This document shows positions 12,306 through 23,417 of a stretch of 64,000 nucleotides of DNA, in pieces (position 1 is the stretch's first letter; the number at the start of each line of letters is the position of its first letter). The notes under the pieces are model-generated. The model ran no database searches, had not been told where the DNA came from, and saw only the letters and a list, made by a program, of their open reading frames with translations. A program made the translations under genes and the position numbers. The stretch is taken from NCBI GenBank assembly GCA_019828565.1, contig JAHDYR010000004.1:372001-436000 (forward strand). Direction: 5' to 3'. The DNA comes from Carpediemonas membranifera BICM. Lineage: Eukaryota > Protista > Fornicata.

Positions 12306-12321
12306 CTTTTCGAGAGCGCCC
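12306..12321 (+). repeat. Right target-site duplication CTTTTCGAGAGCGCCC
   Basis: Identical to 989-1004; immediately follows the TTC-rich tail. Confidence 0.95.
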
Positions 12322-12593
12322 CCTTCATGGCTCACGTAGACCAGGTCCTTCCTTTCAACACCAAGTCGGGGCTCAGCCGCCTGAAGAACCTCGCCGCCTC
12401 CGACGAGCAGACGTACGTCGTGCAAGGCATCGAGAAGCACCGTCGCCGCAACGGCACACTGCAGCTCCTCGTCTGCTGGGAGGGCGACTACGATCCCACA
12501 TGGGAACCCGCTGACGGGCTCCGCCACGTCACTGCGGCACGTGACTACCTCAAGTCCCACAAGCTCAAGCTTAAGGGGGGTAGGATGTCATAA
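12322..12593 (+). mobile_element. Gypsy integrase C-terminus with chromodomain (chromovirus-type), then polypurine tract and start of the 3' LTR
   Basis: YVVQGIEKHR...LLVCWEGDYDPTWEP is a chromodomain. AAGGGGGGTAGGA (12573-12585) is followed by TGTCA at 12586. Confidence 0.88.
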
Positions 12594-12599
12594 GGCATC

Positions 12600-15500
12600 C
12601 ACGTCCGCAGTTTATGTAAATGTTCCAATCTCTTCGCCCCGGCACACTTTCAGCGCTTTCGTGACGTTTACTACATCATTGCGCGATTTCAAGGCCAGAG
12701 GTGGCAAAGCGAAGCTCCGGAAGCTTATCAGCCCGGAGATACAATCCTACGTATGCCAGGTGTTAGGCTTAGAGGCCCTCGAGGATGTCCCGCTTCCTCA
12801 GGGTGATCAACAGGACGACCAACCTTCCACAACATCACGCAAGGTCAAAGAGAGGACCATTATGCAGCGGCTTGCTGCTGCCTTGCGTCCCACCAGGAAG
12901 GAGCAATGTCTGAACCTCATCAGGCTCCGCATCGCGGCATTCACGCCACTCGAGGTTTCGAGACTGAACTCGCAGTTCAACACCTTGTTCGAGTGCCTTG
13001 ACCTGGTCGAGGACGACGCCGTTCGCGAAGCATACTTGCGGGCTTTCACCGTGAAGGGCCAGTCCCTTTATTTCAGACTGAAGGAGCAGACTGAAGGGCG
13101 CTCACTTGCTGAGACCCAGCAGTATGCCATGAAGACGGCACGCGACGTAGTAGAGTCCGCGGAGTACCTCGCTCCGTTCGCTGAGGCCATCCGTCCCGAC
13201 CAGCCGCGCCGTCCGGCAGCTCCTGCGCCAGGCGCCCAACCCCAACGTGCGGACAGCCGTGACCGGCGCGACCGTCGTGACCGCCCATACGACCGCCACC
13301 GCCAAGATCGCCCGGGCTCGCCCTGCCAGCACGACCCCGACCTGCTACAATTGCGGCGGCAAGGGCCATTTTAGCCCCGAGTGCCGGAAGCCCAAGGTCA
13401 AGTGCGAGAAGTGCGGGCGCGAGGGCCACAAGAGAGAGTTCTGTGACCGTATAAAGGTCCAGAACTATTCTTATTTGTCTTGTTTCGCGGCGTCTAGCAA
13501 ACGCAGAGCGCAGGCCCTACCGATCGTATCGGGATCTATATACAGGACCAATACAGAGTCGATGTTGTTCGACTGTGGCGCGTCAGCAACCTTCATATCG
13601 CCGCAAGTGGCTGAGAAGTCCGGCGAAAAGATCCTGCATTGTGACCCGGTCGAGGTGACGACACCGGCTGGAGTCATCACAGTCGACCAGACCGTTTCTA
13701 TCGAAGTGACCTTTGCCAAGTCAGCTCTTGTCCCCCGTGGGTGCACCTTCACTACCCGTGCGTATCTTCTACCCTCAGAGTATGATTTAATCATTGGATA
13801 CCCTGATATGGTCACCCTAGGGATTCTCCCACAGATTGACGACTGCGAGGAGTCTGACACCCAAGACGCCGGGCAGGCCGAGGACGTTTCGACTGTCATT
13901 ACTCCCCAGAAACTGAGCCTATTTACCTTGTTTGACAAGTCATCTTCCCTTCAGGACCGACTACTCGCGCGGTTTGACGGACTGTTCGAGGACAGAGTAG
14001 GGCGTCCGAGCAAGCTCATCCCCTACGATTTAGTCTTATCTGATGATGAGCCCGTCTTTAGCCGCGAGTTCTTCATGCCGCCGGAGAAGAAGACACTTCT
14101 CCAGGAACACCTTGACGACCTATCCCGGCATGGCTTCATCCAGCCATCAACGTCGGCTTACTCCTCACCGGCATTCTTAGTCCCAAAGGGGAAGGACCGT
14201 ACCCGGTTCGTTATCGACTTCCGTTTGGTCAACGCGAAGACTCCCCCATTCAACTACCCTATCCCGATCATAGAGGATTGCCTTGCTAAGCTTAGGGGTA
14301 ATACCATCTTTGCTACGCTCGACTGTAAGGCAGGCTACCATCAGGTGGCACTGACGGACCGTTCCTGTCCCCTGACCGCTTTCGGGGCCCCCCTCACGGT
14401 TTGAGTACACGACTATGCCCTTCGGTCTGCGTAACGCTGGTTCTCATTTCCAGTGGGCCATGGAGCAGGCTTTTTCCGACCTGATCTCGGCAGGCAAGTG
14501 CCTGATTTACATCGATGACATTATTGTCATGGGTCGGGATGAGCCTTCGTATATAAGGAACCTATGGGACGTCCTGAAACGCTGCCAAGAGTATGACCTA
14601 CACTTAGGCCACGACAAGTGTGTCTTCGCCGCGGCTGAGGTCGAGTTCCTGGGTCGACTCGTGTCCGGAGACACCGTGAGGATTGCCGAAGACCGCATCG
14701 ACGACATTAAGAAGCTGAAACTACCGACCAGCAAGCGGTCCGCACCGGCACTCGTCGGTTTCCTCAATTATTTCCGTGACTTCGTGCCCAACTTCGCGTC
14801 CCGAGCTCATCCTATGTTGCAGGTGTCGGCTGGCAAGGCCGAACCCGGTGGGCCTGGTCAGCAAGCGGCCCTGGACGACGTTATCGCCGAGCTCCTTAAG
14901 CGGGTCTCCCTCGTTCACTTCAAGACGGACGCGACACATGTCCTCATGACCGATGCCTCAGACGTGGGGTGTGGCGCCGTATTACTACAGAACGGGCAGC
15001 CGATCGCTTTCATGTCCCACGCATTCTCCGCGGTCCAGACTAGGTGGAGTACCACAGAGCAGGAAGCCTACGCAATCATCCTGGCAGTCCAGCGTTGGCG
15101 GAAATTCCTCTCGTGGACTCACTTTACCATCCGTACTGATCATCGCAACCTGCTGTTCATGGCCAAGTCCATCAACCCCAAGGTCCGTCGATGGTACGAC
15201 CAACTGGGTGACCTCGATTTTACCATACGTCACGTTCCGGGTGTTGACAACGGGGCAGCAGACGGCCTCTCTCGCGTGTTCGCTAACACCCTCGATACCC
15301 AAGTCGCGGACAAGCTGCAGAAGGCGCATCACTTTGCCGGGGCTCACTTGTCCGCCTGGGCGACCAAGAACCTTCTGCGAGACTGGGGCGTGCGCGTCCG
15401 CCAGAAGGACGTGGACGACTACATCGCCAAGTGCCCAATATGCCAGTTAAGGCGTAAGCCCCCAGCCTCATCCGACGCGGGTTTGCACACCGCCGTCGAG

Positions 15501-15630
15501 CACCCCTTTGACCGAGTGGCCATGGTCACTATGTCCGCCACCCCGTGCACGGTCGACGGTACGACCTATAAGTATGTCCTCGTCGTCATAGACATGTGCT
15601 CACGTTGGACTGAGCTGAGCCGAAGTCCAC
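12600..15630 (+). mobile_element. Ty3/Gypsy element fragment: gag (2 CCHC), protease, RT, RNase H and start of integrase; frameshifted and truncated at both ends
   Basis: CYNCGGKGHFSPEC, CEKCGREGHKREFC, LFDCGAS, RFVIDFRLVN, MPFGLRNA, YIDDII, TDASDVGCGAVL, and H...H...CPIC of the integrase. Confidence 0.95.
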
Positions 15631-15634
15631 AAGA

Positions 15635-17244
15635 GGGTTCTTGGGGACAACGATCGTCGGGCTAGAATACTTAGACTGAAAGGCCTCTATGAAGCCTTTT
15701 GCAAGCAAGGTGTCAACGTGCTCCTTAACGATGGGGACCTTAGGAGGAGGCACGAAGTATGGACGGACGTTCACGACCTTGTTTCCCTTGATCACCAGGT
15801 CGTAGGGGTCTAGTAGGCTAGGCGCATCACGCTCTTTGAAGTTGGAGGCGTATCGTCGAAGTATGGACGACTGTCGGTCGCGTGCCTCTTGGGAAAGCTC
15901 GGACATGGCTTGTGCGATGTATTTCGTGGCCGGTGGGGTCTCACCAGAGTCCTCAGTCGGGTCGGAGGAGCTGGGAATGGCGCTTGGCAAGAGTCCGAGA
16001 CTTACCATCTGAGGAAATCCGATGATGATGTCGAACGCAGTGTCTATCACGTAGGCGCGGAGAGTGAGTGTACAACCATGAGGAGTGAACGGAGATGGAT
16101 CCAGCTTGAGGGTTACTTCTACCTCGCCTTCTGCTTGACGGGTATCTCCGACGGTGTGGATTTGCGTGGGTTCTCTCGAGATCCATTTGCAGCGTTTCTC
16201 GTCGACTAGTCTGGGGCTTATGGTGGAACAGTTGGCACCAGAGTCGAGTAAAGAATTGGCTTTGCGCTTGCCGAGACGGGCGTTCACTACAGGGAGGTCA
16301 CCCGGGGAAATCTCCTTCGGGGCATTCAGGGCCGCGACGAATTTTGAATCCGAAACAGAATGAACACACCGACGCTGATTTACTCCCTTCTTGGTAGGGC
16401 AGTAATCGGCCAGGTGTCCTGACTTGTGGCACTTAGGGCAGAATGCCTTCGGCTCAGCGCACTTGAAAGACGGATGCCCGGGCTTACCGCAGTTGTAGCA
16501 CACGTACTGCTTCTTGGGCTTGTTCTGACGGTTGGGCTTCACTATGGGCTTCGAACCTTGGCGGTCGTGGCGCTCCGAGGGATCTTGGTGGTCACTGCGT
16601 GGCTCGCGCTCGTGAACATGTGGAGCTCTGGGACGGGCAGCAGCGGGGGAGAAGGAGTTCACCATCTCTTGCGACTCCTGTAGGTCGCGTGACATTGCCA
16701 TGACTTTCGGCATGATCGAGGGGATGTCGAGGCCTTCTGCGAGCTCCTTGACCTTGTACATGATCGTGTTGAATCCTTGCACGCGGAAGCATCTGCAGTA
16801 CGTCTCTTTGAGCACATCCTCAGGTACATCTGGATTGAATAACAGCTGGAGCGCCTTGAACTTCCGATTGACGTTATTGACCTCGACGGGGTCGAAGGTC
16901 TTGGCGCGTAGACGGAAAATATCGAGCTGAGCGGTGGATCTGCTGGGACGCAGTGCGCTGCCTAGGCGCTTGAGGATTCGTAGATCGCTGAAGTTGCGCT
17001 TTTGACGGCGGCGCTCGGTAGATGCCATCAGTAACGGTACGTAATCATCGTCTTCGGAGTTACCGGCCTCGTCGATGCATTGCGAGACATAGTCAGCGAT
17101 AGATGGATCGACGAGTTCGGAGATATCGGCCTTACCGCCGAGGGAACGGTACGTTTGGAGGTGAAGGTAAAAATCAAGCAACGCCTTCATTGAAGGGTCG
17201 CGGAATAGCGGGGGAACCGCTTTTTCTTTGTTCTTAAATGTCAT
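15635..17244 (-). mobile_element. Ty3/Gypsy gag-protease-start of RT in a single reading frame; truncated
   Basis: CYNCGKPGHPSFKC, CPKCHKSGHLADYC, LLDSGANCS, SKYSSPTIVVPK. Gag is homologous to the gags at 12600 and 21333. Confidence 0.93.
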
Positions 17245-17357
17245 GATGAAAGGGGAATACTAGTATTGTGGTCTGTCAAGACTTAGAAGAACTTTTAGTA
17301 AAAGCAAAGAAGAGGGGGTTTGACCCTGTTGTGGTAAATATGGCAATAATAAATATA

Positions 17358-18408
17358 TCAACTATGTAAACAATGGGTAGGACCCTGACAGCCCTTTTGG
17401 GCGATAAAGTAGTCCTTGATGCGAGTCTTCAGACAAATGGGGCACGTCTTGATGTGCTTTTTGACGTCCAAGAGCATCCCCGGCCAAAATGCAGACGCGG
17501 CGAGTGCTTGGAACGTTGAATTTGCTCCCGTATGAAATTGGTGAGCGGTCCGTAGGGCCTTGTCGCGTGTCTCTCCCTTGGGGATAATCGGCACTCCGTC
17601 CTTGAAGTAGATCGAGTTTTCGATGGATACTCCCTCTAGTTTCTCCCAGCCGACTCGAGTTGACTCAGGTGCCATGGCCTGGGCAGCCTGGATCAACTCA
17701 AGGGTCAGCCCTGGGCCGGCGTCCTCCGCCTCTAGCAGGTTCAGCTGCGGCCCGAGGTCCCCTCGGGGAAGGATACGCGACAGCATGTCTGCCATCTTGT
17801 TTGTCTCTCCAGCAATATGCTCGATCGTAATGTTGTAGTCCGACAAGACAGACGTCTACCGGAGGAGTTTCTTGGAAAGCTCCTTCCTCTGCATGAGATA
17901 TACCAGATTCTGGTGGTCGGTGCGGATCTGTATGTTGTCCTTGAGGCGGAAAAGTTGAGCCATGCCAGGTCTCGTGAGACAAAAGATGATAGCATGAAGC
18001 TCTTGTTCGTAGGTCGGCCACCTAGTCTGGGTTGGCGTATGACACTTTGCGAAGAGCGAGACGATCTCTCGGTTGCCGGAGTCGTCTTCTTGGAACAGAA
18101 TGCCCCCTAGTCCGTCGTTCGACGCGTCCGTCTCGAGGGTCCACTTCTTTGAGAAGTCGGGGAAATGGAGGACTGTCCGAGCTGAGTCTCTCCTTGAACG
18201 TTGTAAACGCCTCTTCTTGTTTGGGGTTCCAAGTTATGTTCTTTGAGTTCTCCTGTGCCGTTAGCATCTCGTTGAGAGGTTTGAGGATTCGTGATGAGTC
18301 CGGGACGAACTGGGCGACATAGTTGAATGATCCCAGTGTCCTCTGAAGCTCCTTTGCGGTGGACGGGAGCGGTATGGCGTTTACCGCCTCTACCTTCTCT
18401 GGGGCAAG
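17358..18408 (-). mobile_element. Ty3/Gypsy pol fragment (RT thumb, RNase H, integrase zinc finger), frameshifted
   Basis: PEKVEAV...LGSFNYVAQFVP, ETDASNDGLGGILFQ, HIAGETNKMADMLSR, AHQFHTG...CPIC. Confidence 0.9.
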
Positions 18409-18409
18409 T

Positions 18410-20130
18410 TGTTTCCCCAAGATATGGACAGATTGGCAGGGCATCATGGCCGGAACAGGCCCAGGTGGGGGCTCGGTCATGCGCATCTTGAACGGATGGA
18501 TGGACCTGCAAGCCCACCTGGAGATGCTAGCAGTCAAGAGGATCGTGACAAGCAGGGGCCAGGATATACCAATCAGAGACAGGGTCTGGAAGGAGGGATC
18601 GATTATGTGGAAAGCCAGGGACTCAGTGAACGCACTCCTCAGAGGAACAAGAGAGGGAGCAACGAATGCAGGGAAGATAGCCTTTGGTAGGGAGATGGTA
18701 AGAATGAACTGGACCAGGAGGTGCAAGAGCAAGACAGCGGTGGGGCTCATGGAAGTCCTAGGACCCAAACGTATGGGAAAGTGCATGGCGGGGAAACCGG
18801 CCATAAGTAGGAAGACAGGGAAGTGGCAGTCAAGGGCAGAGTGGAAAAGGATAGTGTCGGTGGCAGCGAATGTCAGCCCGTCTCCATCATCAGCGGAAAG
18901 GGGAGAAGGCCCAGAGCGAGCGCTGGCGGACCTGGCGATGGGTGAGGAACTCAAACACAAGATACAAAGGAGGTGCCCCCTGTGCACAAAGGAGAGCGAG
19001 ATAGAGTTACTGTGGCAAATAGCGAGAGAGCAGCCAAACCAAGCCAGGAAGCAGGCACTAATCAGGGGAGTGGGTAAGGGGTCAGCCGCTGGGATCGGCG
19101 GCCCACATTATGTGTGAGTGCCCAGAGGTTGAAAGAGGAGATGACTGGGAAAAGATATGGAAGACAGCTAAGGAGAGGACCAGGGAATTGCAAGTCAGAA
19201 GAGGCCCGAATGGGAGGTGGTATGAGAAGAGGCCAATCTTAGAGGTGCAACAACTAGTGTTAACAGGGTCGGAAGAGATATGGGAAGGACTGCGAGCTGG
19301 GCTGAGAGCCCTGGCAAAGGTCTATGATAGCTATAGAATAGATGGATAGATAAGGAACACCAGATCCAGAAAGGGGGCAGGGAAGCATAGACTCTGGGAT
19401 CAAGGGGAGACCCCCCATGTTTCCCAGGGAGAGGGCAGGGCCAGGGACAGAGGAAATCCATCAATTGGATGGTTGCACCACTCGCGGTGAACCTAAGGAA
19501 ACTGCAGGGACTGAGCATGGGATACGGGGGGACATGACGTCCCCGCCGCCCTTGTGAACGATAGAGGGACGCTGGGAAGTGTAGCACAAGAGAACTATCA
19601 TAAGGGGTACTAGGCCTTGCAGATCTAGAGTCTGTGTTAGCCCTAGCCCACGCCGCCTAACAGGGGGTAGATGAGAGGGACTTAGTTGCTTTCCCCGCCC
19701 ACGGGTAGGCCACTTAACAGGGTCGTGGGGGCACTGAACAGGGAATCTGGAAAGATGAGAGGGTGCCATGCTTGAACGACCCCGTAGGGACTGCAGGGAA
19801 TCAGGGAGTGCTATAGAGAAGGTCTTGCAGGACAAACCTGCCTGTGGAAGCACCGAGGACAGACCCCCAGGCTCCCTGGAAGCTGCCGGGTTTACAGGGA
19901 GACAGGAAAGCGCTCAGCGCACGGAGATGGCGAAGGCCAATGGGGGGAAGTGAAATCGGGAGTGAGCGGAAGCAGTAGCACCGAATCGCTCGTTGGACGC
20001 AGCTGACAAGTTCAATCGCAGGGAGGAGGCAGCGCCCCGGGGAACTCGGCTCCAGTAATAAGGGAGATCAGCCTAAGTAACCGGGGCCCGATACCAGGCA
20101 CCATAAATTTTCATTTTCTTCTTTCTTCTT
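18410..20130 (+). mobile_element. 3' portion of a second, divergent copy of the TTC-tailed LINE family (ORF2 C-terminus, 3' UTR, tail)
   Basis: KIWTDWQGIMAGTGPGGGSVMRILNGW aligns with RLWNDWRGLMAGTGPGGGGVARLMMGW of copy 1. Also shares IQRRCPLCT and RRGPNGRWY. Ends in TAAATTTTCATTTTCTTCTTTCTTCTT. Confidence 0.9.
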
Positions 20131-20435
20131 GCTCTCCACAACGTCAAGACCTTCGAGGACACCGTAGCGGTGGCTCTTAGGGCTGCTAGAGCGTATGACC
20201 ATGATCAACCCCTCTCGCAAACCCCGGCCGGCGGACCCAAGGCCCCGGCCCAGGCCAGGAAGGCCCAGTACCGCCCGGACGCAGCCAAGCGCCCGCCGGC
20301 CGACGGACCCAAGAAGCCGTCGCGCCCCTGTCGTTTCTGTGGCGGTCCCCACATGGACTTCAGATGCGATAAGCACCCCCGCTACAGAAGAAGAAGAGCT
20401 AGCCTTGACGGAGGGGAGGACACTCTGACGGGAAC
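20131..20435 (+). mobile_element. Gag-like fragment with zinc knuckle; flanking target of LINE copy 2
   Basis: CRFCGGPHMDFRC knuckle after a Pro/Ala/Lys-rich linker. Confidence 0.6.
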
Positions 20436-21460
20436 CGAGAGAAAACACACAACGAGCTGAATTTACCTCAGAACGGCAGAATTCAGCTCGGTGGCCCGGC
20501 TTCTGGCACTTGGAACAGGTTGTCTTCGGAGCAGGGCATCGGCGAGCGGAGTGACCGACCTTACCGCAGTTGAAGCACACGAATGGCTTCTTCTCGTGCT
20601 TGGGCTTGTCGATCGGCTTGCCTTTTGAGGGGGCTACGTTCGTGCGGTCAGGCTCGCGTCGATGAGGGTTCTTCGGACCGCTCCCCGTGTGCCGTGTATG
20701 GGAGGGCGTGGTGTTGGTACGCTGTGAGTCGGAGACCCCCGCAGCGCCGAAGGAAGCGATCATCTCCTTGGACTCCTTGAGGTCGCGTGACATGACGAGG
20801 ACATCAGCCATTGCGTCCTTGAGATCCTTGCGCTCCGTTGATTCTCTGACTCGATACATGATACGACTGTTGTTGGGGAACTTGAAGCAGCGGCTGTACG
20901 TCTCCTTCAAGACGTCCTCGGGATCTTCGGGTTGAACGAGCTTCAAGAGCAGATTGAATCGGCGGTTCACTCGAGCAACCTCATCAGGCTCGAAGGACTT
21001 GGCGGGGACTCGGAAGAGCTGTAGACGCATGCTCGGGCGAGAAGGTCGAAGGGCAGCACCGAGGCGCTTGAGGACTCGTTCATCTTGGGCTGCGACACGA
21101 CGTTTCTTACGGAGCTTCGCGGAGAGCAGGAGAGGAGTGTCTTCAACCTCTTCGTCGTCGTTAAGGCCTGCTAGCTCTGCTATGCTAGGCTCGATGAGGT
21201 CAATAACATCATCGCGGCCGCCTAAGGCGCGATGATCGTGGAGGTTATCCGCAAAGTCCAAAAGAGCGTCCATGGAGGACTTCTTCAGGAGAGGCGGATT
21301 CTTCTTCAGGCTTCTGTAAGTTTCCGTACCCATATGTTTTGGTAGTACTAGTACTGTGGTTCAATGGGTGTTGAACTTTTACTGAGGAGAAGACTCGACA
21401 CAAGGGTGTCGAGGAGAAACTCCTTGACTATTAAATATAACGTAAATCTGTGTAACTTTG
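20436..21460 (-). mobile_element. Ty3/Gypsy gag (ATG 21333, 2 CCHC) with upstream leader and probable LTR remnant
   Basis: LLDFADNLHDHRALGG, LKRLGAALRPSR, CFNCGKVGHSARRC, CSKCQKPGHRAEFC. Confidence 0.88.
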
Positions 21461-21476
21461 GGTAGGACCCACAACA

Positions 21477-22027
21477 GGGTCTCGTCATCAACGCCGAGAA
21501 GTCTATCCTGACGCCAGTGCAACGCCTCGAGTTCTTGGGTGTCATTCTAGACACAACCCTGCAGCAGGTATCGATCTCCCAGGAGAGAGCGACCAAGTAC
21601 AGAGGCACTACTGGAGGCCTCATGCGTGTCGGGCAAACAGTATGTCAGTGTAGTTGGGAAGCTACAGTTCGCGGCCTCCGTCTCGCAGCAGGCCATGCTC
21701 TCCCTACGACCACTCCAGAAGGACATGCCAGACCCACTCGTACCCTCCTATGTCCTGCCGAAGGAGAAGATCGACGCGCTGAGACATTGGGTCTCCCTCC
21801 TTTCCCAGAAGCTACCACCTCGATCCTGGGAAGACCTAAGAGCACTATGGGGCATTGGAGAGGTGATAAGTGTGTCGGCGACCTCAGATGCCTCGGAGAA
21901 GGGATGGGGCGCAGTTGTCCTCCACAAGGGAGACCCCCCCGCGAAGAGTCAGGGCCGCTTCCCGCCCCACCTGATGGCGGAGTCCATCATGGTGAAGGAG
22001 CTGTATGCTCTCGAGCAGGCAGACTAA
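21477..22027 (+). mobile_element. DIRS/Ngaro-type (tyrosine-recombinase retrotransposon) RT-RNase H relic
   Basis: GLVINAEKSILTPVQRLEFLGVILDT, VGKLQFA, TSDASEKGWGAV, SIMVKELYAL. Confidence 0.8.
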
Positions 22028-22083
22028 TGTCTGGCTGAATCATAAGGGCTCATAGTGGGCTATATGCAAGCCAGACATTAGTC
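22022..22083. repeat. Inverted repeat / hairpin with a 15-bp perfect outer stem
   Basis: GACTAATGTCTGGCT (22022-22036) and AGCCAGACATTAGTC (22069-22083). Confidence 0.9.
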
Positions 22084-22089
22084 CGGAGA

Positions 22090-22340
22090 ATCCCAGCTCG
22101 TGTTTTCAAGGGGCGACCATCTTCGAAAAATGGACCCAACCCAGCGCCATGAGTCCCGGCTCATGATGGTGGGGTCCTCCAACAACATTTCGAGTGCTCT
22201 CATCGTCGCAAGGAACTCCTGCTCGGTGATGTGGGCTGACGACGTGACATGCGGGGACAGGCGTTGTGATAAGGAGTGTTCCTTGGCTCCAGGCTGGGAG
22301 GTAACTTACTTACAGAATGCCGCACCCAAGACCCGTCAGT
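22090..22340 (-). pseudogene. Second DIRS-type RNase H relic, opposite orientation
   Basis: Minus strand gives LTGLGCGIL...SAHITEQEFLATMRAL. Confidence 0.5.
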
Positions 22341-23070
22341 CGGCACGATTATTCACTCCCGCTCTATTCGGGTTTGTCATTCCAGGCGTTAGCTTGTCAG
22401 ACCATCATTTCAAATCGTCATTGCTGCATATAAAATGAGAGATCTAAACCTTTAACGACCATTTGGTCGACGATAATCGACTATTCCAAATTGATTAGAT
22501 CAAATTTATCTCCGTTTGGTGGCCTTGGCCCGTCATCCGCGTCGCCTTCAGCCATCCTCACGGTTTCTGCTGGAGGGATACGATCTGCTCGCGATCGGGA
22601 CGGATCAAGACCGTATCCACAATCATATCTTTCGAGATTTTCTAAATATTTTGACCATCTTTCTCGTGTCCCCGGAATCTTGTTCTGACACACCCTGACC
22701 CAGCAGTGTCAGGGTGTGCCACGCCCGAGGCGTGATAGCTTACATATCGATGACATAGTCAGACAGGCTGACGATCCGGTAGACTCCGTCCATTCCCACA
22801 GGGGGGGGTAGGTAATTTATTGTGTCGCGTTCTCGCATCGTCCCGGGTCTATCTCTGTGTAAGCCGGAGTAAATTACCTCGCTCGACCTTACGTAATGCC
22901 GAGCGTCACCCTCCGAAGGAGGGGATCGGGAGCAAGGCTGCCCCGCGGTTTCAGTTCGCTCTTGAACAACTGAACCGCCCTTATGAGACGCACGATCCCG
23001 TCTTTGAGATCGTATCGAATCATCCTCGACCTCTCGCGCCGAAGTTTTGGCTCCGCTGGCCTTGCCACAC

Positions 23071-23144
23071 GGGCGGTTGGCTCAATTGGATAGAGTACCT
23101 GACTACGGATCAGGTGGTTGCAGGTTCGAGTCCTGCATCGCTCG
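23071..23144 (+). tRNA. trnR-ACG: tRNA-Arg (anticodon ACG), intronless
   Basis: Full cloverleaf: GGGCGGT/ATCGCTC acceptor, GCTC/GAGT D stem, CCTGA-CTACGGA-TCAGG anticodon arm, GCAGG-TTCGAGT-CCTGC T arm; followed by TTTT. Confidence 0.97.
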
Positions 23145-23234
23145 AATTTTATATCACTCTTTGCGGTCGTTGACTCCGACTCGGTCGTCGATGGCGCTCT
23201 CGCGGCTTACTGCGTTAAACGGCGTAAAGGAACA

Positions 23235-23281
23235 CGGTTTGCGTTCACTTTCAGCAGCAGCGCGCATCTGAGCACCAAGGC
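23235..23281. repeat. 47-bp imperfect direct repeat, copy A (3' flank of the CRE-like element)
   Basis: 41/47 identical to 26513-26559. Confidence 0.85.
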
Positions 23282-23417
23282 TCGATTTTGCGCAATTTCA
23301 CGCATCCACTCGCACAAAACGTACCAAAACTCCTTGAAAGGAGCTACTTCTCCGCAAAAGACAACGAAAGTAACCAAAGTGAGATCAAAACAGCGAAATG
23401 TTGTGGTATTCCCGTTC

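Noticed and set aside
18022-18987. 321-aa minus-strand ORF
   Set aside because: Chimera of LINE antisense sequence and a Gypsy RT fragment across the ~18409 junction.
20068-20435. C-terminal extension of the gag ORF 20068..21333
   Set aside because: Reads through a junction into the antisense of another gag fragment and the LINE tail.
22481-22693. Short minus ORF with ERWSKYLENL resembling a LINE ORF2 linker
   Set aside because: Too short to assign; no catalytic motifs.
23150-23300. Possible 5S rRNA, U4 or U5 snRNA, or HDV-like ribozyme at the 47-bp repeat
   Set aside because: Only short partial matches (CCTTTAC, GATTTTG, TGAACGC); the canonical structures could not be built.
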